This document shows, piece by piece, positions 13,122 through 23,201 of a stretch of 64,000 bases of DNA; position 1 is the first letter of the stretch, and every line of letters starts with the position of its first letter. Where the stretch lies: positions 122,345-186,344 of the forward strand of contig CAVUJF010000001.1 in assembly GCA_963741745.1 (NCBI GenBank), given 5' to 3'. A model generated the notes under the pieces. That model was given only the letters and a program-made list of their open reading frames with translations, searched no databases and was not told where the DNA came from. The stretch is from an uncultured Pseudomonadota bacterium (GTDB lineage Bacteria > Pseudomonadota > Gammaproteobacteria > Steroidobacterales > Steroidobacteraceae). Position numbers and translations under genes: made by a program.

Positions 13122-14357
13122 TCAAAAGTTCCCCTGGAACCAGCTACGCATGCGATCCAGCATCGACTTGGCGTTGCCGCCCAGGGAGCGCCCGCGCGAG
13201 GCGGGCAAAGCGTTGTCACGCGCGTAGAGCAAAAGGCCCACGCCCGTGGAAAAGATCGGGTTGCGCACGACATCGGTGAGCCCGCGCACGGTCTGCGGGA
13301 TGCCGAGGCGCACCGGCACGTGGAACACCTCCTCGGCCAGCTCGATCGCGCCTTCCATCTTGGCGCTGCCGCCGGTGAGCACGATGCCCGCGGCGATCAC
13401 CTCCTCGAAGCCGCTGCGGCGCAGCTCCTCGCGCACCAGGCCGAACAGCTCCTCGTAGCGCGGCTCGACGATCTCGGCGAGCGTCTGCCGCGCCAGGCGC
13501 CGCGCCGGGCGCTCCCCGACGCTGGGCACCTCGATGCTCTCGTCGGGATTGGCGAGCTGCGAGAGCGCACAGGCGTAGCGGATCTTGATGTCCTCGGCGT
13601 ACTGGGTCGGGGTGCGCATCGAGACGGCGATGTCGTTGGTGACCTGGTCGCCGGCGATCGGGATCACCGCGGTGTGGCGGATCGCCCCGTTGGCGAACAC
13701 CGCCAGGTCCGTGGTGCCGCCGCCGATGTCGACCAGGCACACGCCCAGCTCCTTCTCATCCTCGGTGAGCACCGCGAAGCTCGAGGCGAGCTGCTCGAGC
13801 ACCACGTCCTCGACGGTGAGGCCGCAGCGCTGGATGCACTTCTCGATGTTCTGCGCGGCGCTCTCGGCGCCGGTGACGATGTGCACCTTGGCCTCCAGGC
13901 GCACGCCGGACATGCCGATCGGGTCGCGGATGCCCTCCTGGCCGTCGACGATGAATTCCTGCGGCAGCACGTGCAGGATCTTCTGGTCGGCGGGGATGGC
14001 GACCGCCTTGGCCGCGTCGATCACGTGCTCGACGTCGCCGTGGCTGACTTCCTTGTCGCGCACGCCCACGACGCCGTGGGAATTCAAGCTGCGCACGTGG
14101 CTGCCGGCGATGCCGGCATACACCGAGTGGATCTGGCAGCCGGCCATGAGCTCAGCTTCCTCCACCGCGCGCTGGATCGACTGCACGGTCGACTCGATGT
14201 TGACCACCACGCCCTTCTTCAGCCCGCGCGAGGGCTGCGAGCCCAGGCCGAGCAGCTCGATCACCCCGTCCGGGCCCACCTCGCCCACCAGCGCGACCAC
14301 CTTGGAGGTGCCGATGTCGAGTCCGACGATGAGGTTGCGGTCTGAACGCTTAGGCAT
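13122..14357 (-). CDS. ftsA: Cell division protein FtsA
   Basis: Actin-like ATPase starting MPKRSDRNLIVGLDIGTSKVVAL at ATG 14357. The ORF-track N-terminal extension to 14450 overlaps ftsQ. The ATG overlaps the ftsQ stop (ATGCCTAA). Confidence 0.95.
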   Translation of the reverse strand: MPKRSDRNLIVGLDIGTSKVVALVGEVGPDGVIELLGLGSQPSRGLKKGVVVNIESTVQSIQRAVEEAELMAGCQIHSVYAGIAGSHVRSLNSHGVVGVRDKEVSHGDVEHVIDAAKAVAIPADQKILHVLPQEFIVDGQEGIRDPIGMSGVRLEAKVHIVTGAESAAQNIEKCIQRCGLTVEDVVLEQLASSFAVLTEDEKELGVCLVDIGGGTTDLAVFANGAIRHTAVIPIAGDQVTNDIAVSMRTPTQYAEDIKIRYACALSQLANPDESIEVPSVGERPARRLARQTLAEIVEPRYEELFGLVREELRRSGFEEVIAAGIVLTGGSAKMEGAIELAEEVFHVPVRLGIPQTVRGLTDVVRNPIFSTGVGLLLYARDNALPASRGRSLGGNAKSMLDRMRSWFQGNF

Positions 14358-15141
14358 CGTGGCCACCACCCTCATGTGCTGCAGCGCGCGTGCTGCTGCC
14401 GCGCCAGCCGATGGCGAATCCGTTTGTGTAGCGCATGTCCACGTAGGCAATGTCCTCGCCGCGCTGCGAGACGAGCTTCAGCGCGGTGTTCATGAATTTC
14501 TCGAAACGCTCGTCCACCTGGCGCCTGCCGAGGCGCACGGTGACTCCATTGGCAAGGTCGAATTCCCAGGCGCCGCGCGCGTCCAGGCGCAGCGCGGTGA
14601 GCCGCAGCCCTGCCTGCGCCAGGCGCCCCTCGGCGGCGAGGTAGCGCTGCGCGACGATGGACTCCTTGCCGTCCGGTCCCTCAAGCTGCGCCAGCTCCGG
14701 CGGCACGTGGCGCTCGTCGGTGTCGAACAGTTCGCCACGGGTATTGAGCAGCCCGCGCTCGCCCCAGCGGGCCGCGGCGGTCTGCTCGATCACCAGCACC
14801 GTGAGCCCGCGCGGCCAGGCGCGCTGCACGCTCACCGCATCGACCCAGGGGAGCGTGTGGATGGCCGTGCGCACCTGGGTAAGGTCCACCGACAGCAGGC
14901 CCACCCCGTGCAGGCGCTCCTTCACCACGCGCTCCACATCCACCGGGGCGACGCGCTGGAAGCGCCCCTCGACCGCGACCGTCTCGATCGGCTGGTTGAA
15001 GGCCCACATGACCGCAGCCGCGCCGCAGCCGGTGGCAAGAAGCACCGCGGCGCAGATCCCGACGTAGCGCCAGTTCACGGCCGGCAGCCTGAGGCGGCGG
15101 CGCTCGGCTTTCTTGCGGCGGTTCCTGGGGCGACCGAGCAT
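14350..15141 (-). CDS. ftsQ: Cell division protein FtsQ
   Basis: The basic N-terminus MLGRPRNRRKKAERRR is followed by a TM segment (ICAAVLLATGCGAAAVMWAF) and a POTRA-like region. The start at 15141 lies 4 nt after the ddl stop. Confidence 0.9.
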   Translation of the reverse strand: MLGRPRNRRKKAERRRLRLPAVNWRYVGICAAVLLATGCGAAAVMWAFNQPIETVAVEGRFQRVAPVDVERVVKERLHGVGLLSVDLTQVRTAIHTLPWVDAVSVQRAWPRGLTVLVIEQTAAARWGERGLLNTRGELFDTDERHVPPELAQLEGPDGKESIVAQRYLAAEGRLAQAGLRLTALRLDARGAWEFDLANGVTVRLGRRQVDERFEKFMNTALKLVSQRGEDIAYVDMRYTNGFAIGWRGSSTRAAAHEGGGHDA

Positions 15142-15145
15142 GGCC

Positions 15146-16135
15146 TTACCCCCTCGCCTGCTCAGCTGGCGGTGCCAGCTGCCGCGTGAAGCTGGTTTCC
15201 AGCACGCGCCACACGAGTTCATCGAAGTCGACGCCGATCGCGCGCGCGGCCATCGGCACCAGGCTGTGGCTGGTCATGCCCGGGATGGTGTTGATCTCCA
15301 AGAGCTGCGGTTTCGCCTGCGCATCCAGCATGAAGTCCGCGCGGCCCCAGCCGGAGGCCCCGACGGCGGCAAAGGCGGCCAGCGCGAGCGCGGCCATGTG
15401 TGCCTCGGCACCGGCCGCGAGGCCCGAGGGACAGTAGTAGCGCGTGTCGTCGCGGAAGTACTTCGCCTCGTAGTCGTAGAAGGTCTTGGGCGTCTCGATG
15501 CGGATCGAGGGCAGCGCCTGGTCCTGCAGGATCGCGACGGTGTATTCCTTGCCCGGGATCCACGGTTCGGCGAACACCAGGGTCTCCAGCTGCGCGGCCG
15601 CGGCGAAGGCGGCCGGCAGATCCTCCGCGCGCTCCACCTTGCTCATGCCGACGCTGGAGCCCTGGGTCGCCGGCTTCACGATCAGGGGCAGCTTCAGCCG
15701 CTCGAGCGCCGTGACGAAATCCTCCGCCCCGCGCAGCACCACGCAGTCCGCGGTCGGCACGCCGGCGGCGAGCGCCAGGCGCTTGGTGCGCAGCTTGTCC
15801 ATGCCGATCGCCGAGCCCATGACACCACTGCCGGTGTAGGGAATGCCCAAGTACTCGAGCGCCCCCTGCAAGGTGCCGTCCTCTCCCCCCGGGCCGTGCA
15901 GGGCGATCCACACCCGCTCGAAGCCCCCGGCGAGCAGCTCTGCGAGGGACTCATCGCGCGGGTCAAAGGCATGGGCATCCACCCCGCGGCGCTTCAGGGC
16001 CTCGAGCACGGCGTTGCCCGAGAGGAGCGAGATCTCCCGCTCGCTCGAGTCGCCGCCGAAGAGCACGGCCACGCGGCCGAACCCGGCCGGGTCGTGGATG
16101 CGCCGCAGCGCCTGTGGTGTAAAACTTAGGCGCAC
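15146..16135 (-). CDS. ddl: D-alanine--D-alanine ligase
   Basis: ATP-grasp ligase with GRVAVLFGGDSSEREISLLSG and VKPATQGSSVGMSKV. GTG start at 16135, 2 nt after the murB stop. The longer ORF-track extension overlaps murB. Confidence 0.93.
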   Translation of the reverse strand: MRLSFTPQALRRIHDPAGFGRVAVLFGGDSSEREISLLSGNAVLEALKRRGVDAHAFDPRDESLAELLAGGFERVWIALHGPGGEDGTLQGALEYLGIPYTGSGVMGSAIGMDKLRTKRLALAAGVPTADCVVLRGAEDFVTALERLKLPLIVKPATQGSSVGMSKVERAEDLPAAFAAAAQLETLVFAEPWIPGKEYTVAILQDQALPSIRIETPKTFYDYEAKYFRDDTRYYCPSGLAAGAEAHMAALALAAFAAVGASGWGRADFMLDAQAKPQLLEINTIPGMTSHSLVPMAARAIGVDFDELVWRVLETSFTRQLAPPAEQARG

Positions 16136-16137
16136 GG

Positions 16138-17028
16138 CTAGCCTGGCTCCCCGAGGATGCGCACTTCCGGGTGCAGGTCCACCCCGTGCACCTGCCTGAC
16201 GACCTGGCGCACGTGCGCGATCAGGGCTTCCAGATCCGCAGCCCTCGCCTGGCCGTGGTTGATGATGAAGTTCGCGTGCTTGGCCGAGACCGAGGCACCG
16301 CCCAGGCGGAAGCCCTTCAGGCCCGCCGCCTCGATCAGCCGCGCGGCGTGGTCCCCGGGCGGGTTGGTGAACACCGAGCCGCAGCTCCACTCCCCGATCG
16401 GCTGGCTCGCCTTGCGCCGCTCCAGCAGCAGGCGCACCTCGCCTGCGTGGGCCGCGGGTCGATGCTCGAAGCTCAGTTCCGCGGCGATGAACCATTCATC
16501 CGGCACCGGGGCGATGACCTCGCGGTAGCTGACGCGGTACTCGGCCGCCGCGCGCAGCTGCGTGCGCCCGCTGCGGTCGATGGTCTCGACGCTCACCACG
16601 TGCGTCCAGGTCTCCCCGCCGAAGGCGCCCGCATTCATGGCGAGCGCCCCGCCCAGGGTGCCGGGAATGCCGGCAAAGAACTCCGCAGGGCCCAGGCCCC
16701 ACTTGATGCACTGGCGGGCGATGCGCGCGCAGGCGACGCCGGCCTCGGCGCGCACCACGGTCTCGCTCAGGCGCTCGAGCGCATCGAGCGTGCCGTGCAT
16801 GCTGATGACGATTCCCCGGATGCCGCCGTCACGCACCAGCAGGTTGCTGCCCAGCCCGATCCAGGTGATCGGCACCTTATCGGGCAGGCTGCGCAGGAAC
16901 GCGGCCAGATCCGCGCGGTCACGGGGGTTGAAGAACACCTCCGCCGGGCCGCCCACGTGCCAGGAGGTGTGGCGGCTCAAGGGTTCGTCGCGCCGCACGC
17001 GCGGGGCAAACTCCGGGGCGAGCGCCAT
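16138..17028 (-). CDS. murB: UDP-N-acetylenolpyruvoylglucosamine reductase
   Basis: It starts MALAPEFAPRVRRDEPLSRHTSWHVGGPAEVFF. It has FAD-binding motifs LGLGSNLLV and a C-terminal SVSAKHANFIIN. The ATG at 17028 overlaps the murC stop (TGATG). Confidence 0.93.
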   Translation of the reverse strand: MALAPEFAPRVRRDEPLSRHTSWHVGGPAEVFFNPRDRADLAAFLRSLPDKVPITWIGLGSNLLVRDGGIRGIVISMHGTLDALERLSETVVRAEAGVACARIARQCIKWGLGPAEFFAGIPGTLGGALAMNAGAFGGETWTHVVSVETIDRSGRTQLRAAAEYRVSYREVIAPVPDEWFIAAELSFEHRPAAHAGEVRLLLERRKASQPIGEWSCGSVFTNPPGDHAARLIEAAGLKGFRLGGASVSAKHANFIINHGQARAADLEALIAHVRQVVRQVHGVDLHPEVRILGEPG

Positions 17029-18512
17029 CACGCCCCCCGTCCCGGCGGCAGCAGCGCCGCGAGCGCCTCGGGCAGGGCGTGGGCGACGGCGCTGATGTTG
17101 CCGGCGCCCATGGCGAGGATGACATCGCCGTCCTGGATCACATCCTTGAGCGCATCGGCCAGTTCCTCGACCTTCTCGACGAACAATGGCTCGATCAGTC
17201 CGCGGCTGCGTACCGCGCGGCAGATGGCGCGGCCGTCGGCACCGGCGATCGGCGCCTCGCCGGCCGCGTACACCTCGGTGACGCACAGCAGGTCCGCCCC
17301 CGAGAGCGCCTTGCCGAAGTCATCGATCAGGTCGCGGGTGCGCGTGAAGCGGTGCGGCTGGTAGGCCAGCAGCACGCGCCGCCCGGCATAGCCCTGGCGC
17401 ACCGCCTCCAGCGTGGCGTTGATCTCGGTGGGGTGGTGCCCGTAGTCATCGATGATCGTGACCTTGCCGACCGCGGTGACCACGTCGGCGATGTGCTGCA
17501 GGCGGCGGTCGACGCCCTGGAAGGCGGCCAGCGCGCTCTGGATGGCCGCATCCTCGACCCCCAGCTCCATCGCCACGGCGATGGCGGCCAGGGAGTTGCG
17601 CACGTTGTGCAGCCCGGGCAGGTTCACGGTGACCTTGAGCGTCGGCACTCCCACGCGCTCGACGTCGAAGTGCGTCTTGAGGCCGGCGGGGCGGATGTGC
17701 GTGGCGCGCACGTCGGCCCCCGGCGCGAGCCCGTAGGAGATGATCGGGCGGCCCACCTCCTGCACGATGCTCGCGACATGCTCATCGTCCAGGCACAGCA
17801 CGGCCAGGCCGTAGAACGGCAGGTTGTGCAGGAAGTCGACGAAGCTGTGCTTGAGGCGGGCGAAGTCCCCCTCGTGCGTGCTCAGGTGGTCGTGGTCGAT
17901 GTTGGTGACGATCGCGATCATCGGCTGCAGGTGGGTGAACGAGGCATCACTCTCGTCGGCCTCGGCGACCAGGTAGCGCCCGGCGCCCAGGCGCGCGTTG
18001 CTGGCATCACTCTTCAGGCGCCCGCCGATCACGTAGGTCGGGTCCTCGCCGCCCTCCCCGAGGATGCTGGCGATCAGGCTGGTCGTGGTGGTCTTGCCGT
18101 GCGTGCCGGCGACGGCGATCGCGTAGCGGAAGCGCATCAGCTCGCCGAGCATCTCCGCGCGCGGCACCACGGGGATGCGCGCCTTGAGCGCCGCCTCGAC
18201 TTCCGGGTTGTCGCGCGCCACCGCGCCGGAGGCGACCACCACGTCAGCTCCGGCGATGTTGGCCGCCGCGTGGCCGATGGTCACGCGCGCCCCCAGGCCC
18301 GTCAGCCACTGCGTCACCGCGCTGGCGCGCACGTCCGAGCCCTGCACCGCGTAGCCTAAGTTGAGCAGCACTTCGGCGATGCCGGACATGCCACTGCCGC
18401 CGATGCCGACGAAGTGGATGGTGTTGATCCGGCGCATGCGGTCGCGGCGCTCCGGGTTCGCGCGGCGCTCGATCGCGGGGGCCGGCGGCAGCGGGCGTGG
18501 TTCACGGCTCAT
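17028..18512 (-). CDS. murC: UDP-N-acetylmuramate--L-alanine ligase
   Basis: 494 aa with IHFVGIGGSGMSGIAEVL and AVAGTHGKTTTTS. The start overlaps the murG stop (ATGA). Confidence 0.95.
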   Translation of the reverse strand: MSREPRPLPPAPAIERRANPERRDRMRRINTIHFVGIGGSGMSGIAEVLLNLGYAVQGSDVRASAVTQWLTGLGARVTIGHAAANIAGADVVVASGAVARDNPEVEAALKARIPVVPRAEMLGELMRFRYAIAVAGTHGKTTTTSLIASILGEGGEDPTYVIGGRLKSDASNARLGAGRYLVAEADESDASFTHLQPMIAIVTNIDHDHLSTHEGDFARLKHSFVDFLHNLPFYGLAVLCLDDEHVASIVQEVGRPIISYGLAPGADVRATHIRPAGLKTHFDVERVGVPTLKVTVNLPGLHNVRNSLAAIAVAMELGVEDAAIQSALAAFQGVDRRLQHIADVVTAVGKVTIIDDYGHHPTEINATLEAVRQGYAGRRVLLAYQPHRFTRTRDLIDDFGKALSGADLLCVTEVYAAGEAPIAGADGRAICRAVRSRGLIEPLFVEKVEELADALKDVIQDGDVILAMGAGNISAVAHALPEALAALLPPGRGA

Positions 18513-19594
18513 GCCGCGCTCCTGGCCAGCTCGAGGCAGGAGGCGGCCAGCTCATCCGCCGCGCGCGGCTTGGCGAGCAGGCGCGCCCTTTCCGCCATCG
18601 CCAGGAGCTTGCCGCGCCCGGCGCACAGGCGCTGCAGCTCGGCGGCGAGGCGCTCGGCGGTGAGCTCGCGGTCGCAGATCATCACCGCGGCACCCTCGCG
18701 CACCAGGTACTGCGCGTTATGCGCCTGGTGGTCATCCACGGCGCCCGGGAAGGGCACCAGGATCGCCCCGACGCCGGCCGCGGCCAGCTCCGAGACCGTC
18801 AGCGCGCCGGAGCGGCAGATCACCAGGTCCGCCCAGCCGTAGGCCTCGCTCATGTCCTCGATGAAGGGGCGCACGTCGGCGCGCACCCCGGCCTGCGCGT
18901 AGCTGGCGCGGCCGGCCTCGAGCCAGCGCTCGCCGGCCTGGTGGCGCACGTCAAAGGCGAGCGTCCCGGCCAGGCGCTTGAGCGCAAAGGGCACGATGGC
19001 ATTGAGGCGTGCGGCGCCCTGGCTGCCGCCGATCACCAGGATGCGGATCGGACCGCTGCGCCCGGTGAAGCGCTGCGGCGGCGGTGGCACGGCGCTGATG
19101 TCGGCACGCACGGGATTGCCGATGACGCGCGCGTGCACCTCGCGCCCGAAGCTGCCGGGGAAGGCCTCCAGCACCTGGCGGGCGAGGTAGGCGAGGCAGC
19201 GGTTGGTGAAGCCGGCGACCGCGTTCTGTTCATGGATGATCAGCGGATGGCGCGTAAGCCAGGCGGCGACCCCGCCGGGCCCGGTGACAAAGCCCCCCAG
19301 GCCGACCACGATCAGCGGCTGGTGGCGGCGCATGATGCGCAGCGCCTGCACCAGCGCGTAGCCCAGGCGAAACGGGGCGGCCAGCAGGGCGAGCAGGCCC
19401 TTGCCACGCAGGCCACCGATCGAGAGGCGCTCGATGGGGATGCCCTCGGCCGGGATGATGCGCGACTCGAGCCCACGCTCGGTGCCCAGCCAGATGACCT
19501 CGACCGACTGCTCGCGCAGCAGCCGCGCCAGCGCGAGCGCCGGGAACACGTGGCCACCGGTGCCGCCGGCCATGATGAGGATGGGGCGGCTCAC
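18509..19594 (-). CDS. murG: UDP-GlcNAc:lipid I N-acetylglucosaminyltransferase MurG
   Basis: The C-terminal 361 codons of ORF 18509..20782 start VSRPILIMAGGTGGHVFPALALA at GTG 19594, overlapping the ftsW stop (GTGA). The upstream part of that ORF is wrong-frame read-through of ftsW. Confidence 0.95.
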   Translation of the reverse strand: MSRPILIMAGGTGGHVFPALALARLLREQSVEVIWLGTERGLESRIIPAEGIPIERLSIGGLRGKGLLALLAAPFRLGYALVQALRIMRRHQPLIVVGLGGFVTGPGGVAAWLTRHPLIIHEQNAVAGFTNRCLAYLARQVLEAFPGSFGREVHARVIGNPVRADISAVPPPPQRFTGRSGPIRILVIGGSQGAARLNAIVPFALKRLAGTLAFDVRHQAGERWLEAGRASYAQAGVRADVRPFIEDMSEAYGWADLVICRSGALTVSELAAAGVGAILVPFPGAVDDHQAHNAQYLVREGAAVMICDRELTAERLAAELQRLCAGRGKLLAMAERARLLAKPRAADELAASCLELARSAA

Positions 19595-20782
19595 GCGCTG
19601 CCCCGCACGGTGGCCGAGCCGCGCTGCTCGCGCATGGCCTCGTGATAGACCCGCAGCAGCAGGCCCACCCACGCCAGCGCCACGATGAGGCTCGAGCGCC
19701 CGTAGCTCATCAGCGGCAGCGTGAGCCCCTTGGTCGGCAGCACGCCCATGTTCACGCCGATGTTGATGAAGGCCTGGATGCCGATCCACAGGCCGAAGCC
19801 TGCGGCCAGGTACGCCGGGAACTTCAGCCCCGCGCTGTTGGCCAGGCGCGCGATGTAGAAGCTGCGCCACACGAGGGCCAGGAACAGCGCCAGCGTGAGC
19901 ACCACGCCCATCAGTCCGAGTTCCTCCGCGAGCACCGCGAACAGGAAGTCCGTGTGGGCCTCGGGCAGGTAGAACAGCTTCTGCACGCTGTCCCCCAGTC
20001 CCACCCCGAACCACTGCCCGCGGCCGATGGCGATCAGCGACTGCGTGAGCTGGAAGCCGCTGTTGAACGGGTCCGCCCACGGGTCGAGGAAGGCGGTGAG
20101 GCGGCGCATGCGGTAGCTGGAGCTCACCGCCAGCACCCCGAAGCCGGCCAGCGCGATCGCGGTCATCGCGATGACGTAGCGCAGGCGTGCACCGGCCAGG
20201 AACAGCAGCCCGAAGCCGGTGGCAAAGAGCACGGTCGCGGCGCCGAAGTCCGGCTCGACCAGCAGCAGCGCCGCGATGAGCATCAGGAGTCCCAACGGCT
20301 TCACCAGCCCGGCGAGGCTCTCGCGCAGCTGCTGCTCGCGGCGCACCGCGTAGCTGGCCACCCAGATCAGCACCAGTACGCGCGCCAGCTCCGAGACCTG
20401 GAAGTTCGCCCCCGCCAAGCGCAGCCAGCGGCGGCTGCCGTTGACCGAGTGCCCTAAGCCCGGGATCAGCACCACCATCAGCAGGCCGATCGCAACGCGC
20501 CAGCAGCGGCAGCGAGGCGCGCTCGAGCACCTCGGTGGGCACGCAGAACACCAGCGCCGCGCAGCCTGCGCCGATCAGGGTGAGCAGCAGCTGGCGCTCG
20601 AGATAGAAGAACGGCTGGCCGCTCTCCTGCCCGGCGATCGACACCGAGGCGGAGGTCACCATGATCAGGCCGAGCAGCACGATGCCCAGCACCAGGGCGA
20701 TGGTCACCGGATCCAGGTGCACCGAGCCGTTCTTGGCCGTGGAGCGCGCGAATCCCATGAGTGAGGCGCTGCTGGCACTCAT
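19591..20782 (-). pseudogene. ftsW: SEDS-family cell division protein FtsW, one frameshift as given (probably a sequence artefact)
   Basis: The N-terminal ~95 aa (...FFYLERQLLLTLIGAGCAALVF...SLPLLA) are in the frame starting ATG 20782. The remaining 295 aa (MVVLIPGLGHSVNGSRRWLRLAGANFQVSELARV...) are ORF 19591..20478. The junction is near 20497. The length of 1192 nt equals 3n+1, consistent with one extra base. Confidence 0.9.
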
Positions 20783-22119
20783 GCTGCGAGCTCCCTGACG
20801 CTTGCGGCGAACACCGCACCGCGGTGGGCATAGTCACGGAACATGTCGAGGCTGGCGCAGGCCGGGGAGAGCAGCACGGTGTCCCCGGGGCGGGCGGCGC
20901 GGGCGGCAGCCCGTACCGCCTCGGGCAGTGAGGCGGCAAACTCCAGCGTGCACACGCCCGCGAGCGCCCGGGCCAGCTGCGCTGCGTCGCGCCCGATGAG
21001 CACCACATGGCGCACCTTGCCGCGGAACGCCGCCGCCAGCGGACTGAAGTCCTGGCTCTTGCCATCCCCACCGGCGATCATCACCAGCGGGCCCGCCATG
21101 CCGGCCACGGCCGCGAGCGTCGCCCCGACGTTGGTGCCCTTGGAGTCATCGACGTAGGCGACGCCGGCGATCTCGGCCACCCACTGCGAGCGGTGGGCAA
21201 GGCCGGTGAAGCTGGCCAGCTCCGCCAGCATGACCGGCAGCGCCAGCCCCAGGGCCTCCCCGAGCGCGAGCGCGGCGAGGGCGTTGGCCGCGTTGTGCAG
21301 TCCCTTGATCTTCATCGCCGACACCGCCAGCAGCGGCACCCCGGCCCGGGTGAGCCACCACTGCCCGCCCTGCTCGGCCACGGCGAAGTCGGCGCCGATG
21401 CTCGCCCGCAGCGAGAAGCTCAGGGTGCGCGCGGCCGCGCGCGGCATGGCCACCACCAGCGGGTCATCGAGGTTGATCACCGCCGTGTCGCAGCGCGCGA
21501 AGATGCGCGCCTTGGCGGCCGCGTAGCCTGCCAGGTCCGGATAGCGATCCAGGTGATCGGGCGTCACGTTGAGCACCGTCGCGGCACGGCAGTGCAGCGT
21601 CCGGGTGGTCTCCAGCTGGTAGCTGGACAGCTCGAGCACGTACAACTCGGTGCCGGCGGCCAGAAGATCGAGCGCCGGCTCGCCGAGGTTGCCGCCGACG
21701 CGCACCTTCAGGCCCGCGCGCTGCGCCATGTTGGCCAGCAGCATCGTCACGGTGCTCTTGCCGTTGGTGCCGGTGATGCCGACCACCGGGGCCTGTGCGG
21801 CACGGGCGAACAGCTCCACATCGCCCACGATCTCGAGCCCGAGCCGCCGCGCCTCGGCGAAGAACGGCTCGGCCAGGGAGACTCCCGGGGAGGCCACCAC
21901 GCACACCGCATCGGCGAGCAGACCGGTGTCGAGCGCCCCCAGGCGCACCGGAATCCGCGCATCGAGCGCGGTGAGCGCCGCCAGCTGCGGTGGCGCGGCG
22001 CGCGTGTCGGTGACCGCAAGACGCCAGCCGCGCGCGTGCAGGTAGCGCGCGCACGACAGGCCGCTGCGGCCGAGGCCGACGATCACGGCGTAGGGTGGGT
22101 TGGTGGTGCCCGTGCTCAT
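20779..22119 (-). CDS. murD: UDP-N-acetylmuramoylalanine--D-glutamate ligase
   Basis: It starts [27 protein letters not shown] at ATG 22119, overlapping the mraY stop (ATGA). It contains [10 protein letters not shown]. The long ORF-track N-terminal extension is wrong-frame read-through of mraY. Confidence 0.95.
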   Translation of the reverse strand: MSTGTTNPPYAVIVGLGRSGLSCARYLHARGWRLAVTDTRAAPPQLAALTALDARIPVRLGALDTGLLADAVCVVASPGVSLAEPFFAEARRLGLEIVGDVELFARAAQAPVVGITGTNGKSTVTMLLANMAQRAGLKVRVGGNLGEPALDLLAAGTELYVLELSSYQLETTRTLHCRAATVLNVTPDHLDRYPDLAGYAAAKARIFARCDTAVINLDDPLVVAMPRAAARTLSFSLRASIGADFAVAEQGGQWWLTRAGVPLLAVSAMKIKGLHNAANALAALALGEALGLALPVMLAELASFTGLAHRSQWVAEIAGVAYVDDSKGTNVGATLAAVAGMAGPLVMIAGGDGKSQDFSPLAAAFRGKVRHVVLIGRDAAQLARALAGVCTLEFAASLPEAVRAAARAARPGDTVLLSPACASLDMFRDYAHRGAVFAASVRELAA

Positions 22120-23201
22120 CGCAGCTTCAGCGTTGCCAGGCCGGCCAGCACCAGCAGCAGCGAGATGATCCAGAAGCGCACGATCACCTTCGGCTCGGCC
22201 CAGCCCTTGAGCTCGAAGTGGTGATGGATCGGTGCCATCTTGAAGATGCGCTTGCCGGTGAGCTTGAAGGAGGCCACCTGCAGGATCACCGAGGCGGTCT
22301 CGAGCACGAACACCCCGCCCATCAGCAGCGCCACCAGTTCCTGGCGCACGATGACGGCGAGCACCCCGATGGCAGCGCCGATGGCCAGTGCGCCGACGTC
22401 GCCCATGAACACCTGGGCCGGGTAGGAGTTGAACCAGAGGAAGCCGAGTCCGGCACCGGCCAGTGAAGCGCAGAAGATCAGCAGCTCGCCCGCGCCGCGG
22501 ATATCCGGGATCTGCAGGTAGTGCGCGAACACCGCGTTGCCGCTGGCGTAGGCGAAGATGCCGAGCGCCGCGGTCACCAGCGCTGCGGGCATGATGGCCA
22601 GGCCATCGAGCCCGTCGGTCAGGTTCACCGCGTTGCTCATGCCGACGATCATCAGGTAGGCGAGCGTGATGAAGCCGAAGGCCGACAGCGGCACCGCGAA
22701 GTTCTTCACGAACGGCAGGTAGAGCGCGGTCTCGGCCGGCTCGGTGGCGGTGTAGTAGAGCGTCGCGGCCGTGGCGATCCCGGCCACCGACTGCCAGAAA
22801 TACTTCCAGCGCGCCACCAGGCCGCGCGGGTTGCGCACCACCAGCTTCAGGTAATCGTCGTAGAAGCCGATCAGGCCGAAGGCGAAGGTCACCCCGAGCA
22901 CCATCCACACCAGGCGGCTGGCAGGCTCGGCCCACAGCAGCGTGGTGACCAGCGTGACCACCAGGATCAGCGCGCCCCCCATGGTCGGGGTGCCCGCCTT
23001 GGGCAGGTGGGTCTGCGGACCGTCGCTGCGCACCACCTGGCCGATCTGGTAGCGCGACAGGCGCGCGATCATCCCGGGACCGACCAGCAGCGAGAGGCCG
23101 AGGGCGGTGGCCATGGCGAGGATGGCGCGGAAGGTCAGGTAGGAAAACACGTGCAGGCCACTGATGTGGCCGGCGAACTGTTGTGTGATCCAGTACAGCA
23201 C
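22116..23201 (-). CDS. mraY: Phospho-N-acetylmuramoyl-pentapeptide transferase
   Basis: A GTG start at 23201 gives [28 protein letters not shown], which parallels E. coli [28 protein letters not shown]. It is 361 aa. The upstream in-frame codons belong to the murF C-terminus. Confidence 0.95.
   Translation of the reverse strand: MLYWITQQFAGHISGLHVFSYLTFRAILAMATALGLSLLVGPGMIARLSRYQIGQVVRSDGPQTHLPKAGTPTMGGALILVVTLVTTLLWAEPASRLVWMVLGVTFAFGLIGFYDDYLKLVVRNPRGLVARWKYFWQSVAGIATAATLYYTATEPAETALYLPFVKNFAVPLSAFGFITLAYLMIVGMSNAVNLTDGLDGLAIMPAALVTAALGIFAYASGNAVFAHYLQIPDIRGAGELLIFCASLAGAGLGFLWFNSYPAQVFMGDVGALAIGAAIGVLAVIVRQELVALLMGGVFVLETASVILQVASFKLTGKRIFKMAPIHHHFELKGWAEPKVIVRFWIISLLLVLAGLATLKLR

Noticed and set aside
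18509-20782. 757-aa ORF that looks like an FtsW-MurG fusion. Similar cases are the 810-aa ORF 20779..23211, the 685-aa ORF 24581..26638, the 687-aa ORF 26083..28146, the 449-aa ddl, the 382-aa murB and the 549-aa rsmI ORFs.
   Set aside because: Only the C-terminal parts match the named enzymes. The N-terminal extensions are wrong-frame read-through of the upstream gene. Each true start coincides with an ATGA/GTGA/TGATG overlap to the upstream stop.
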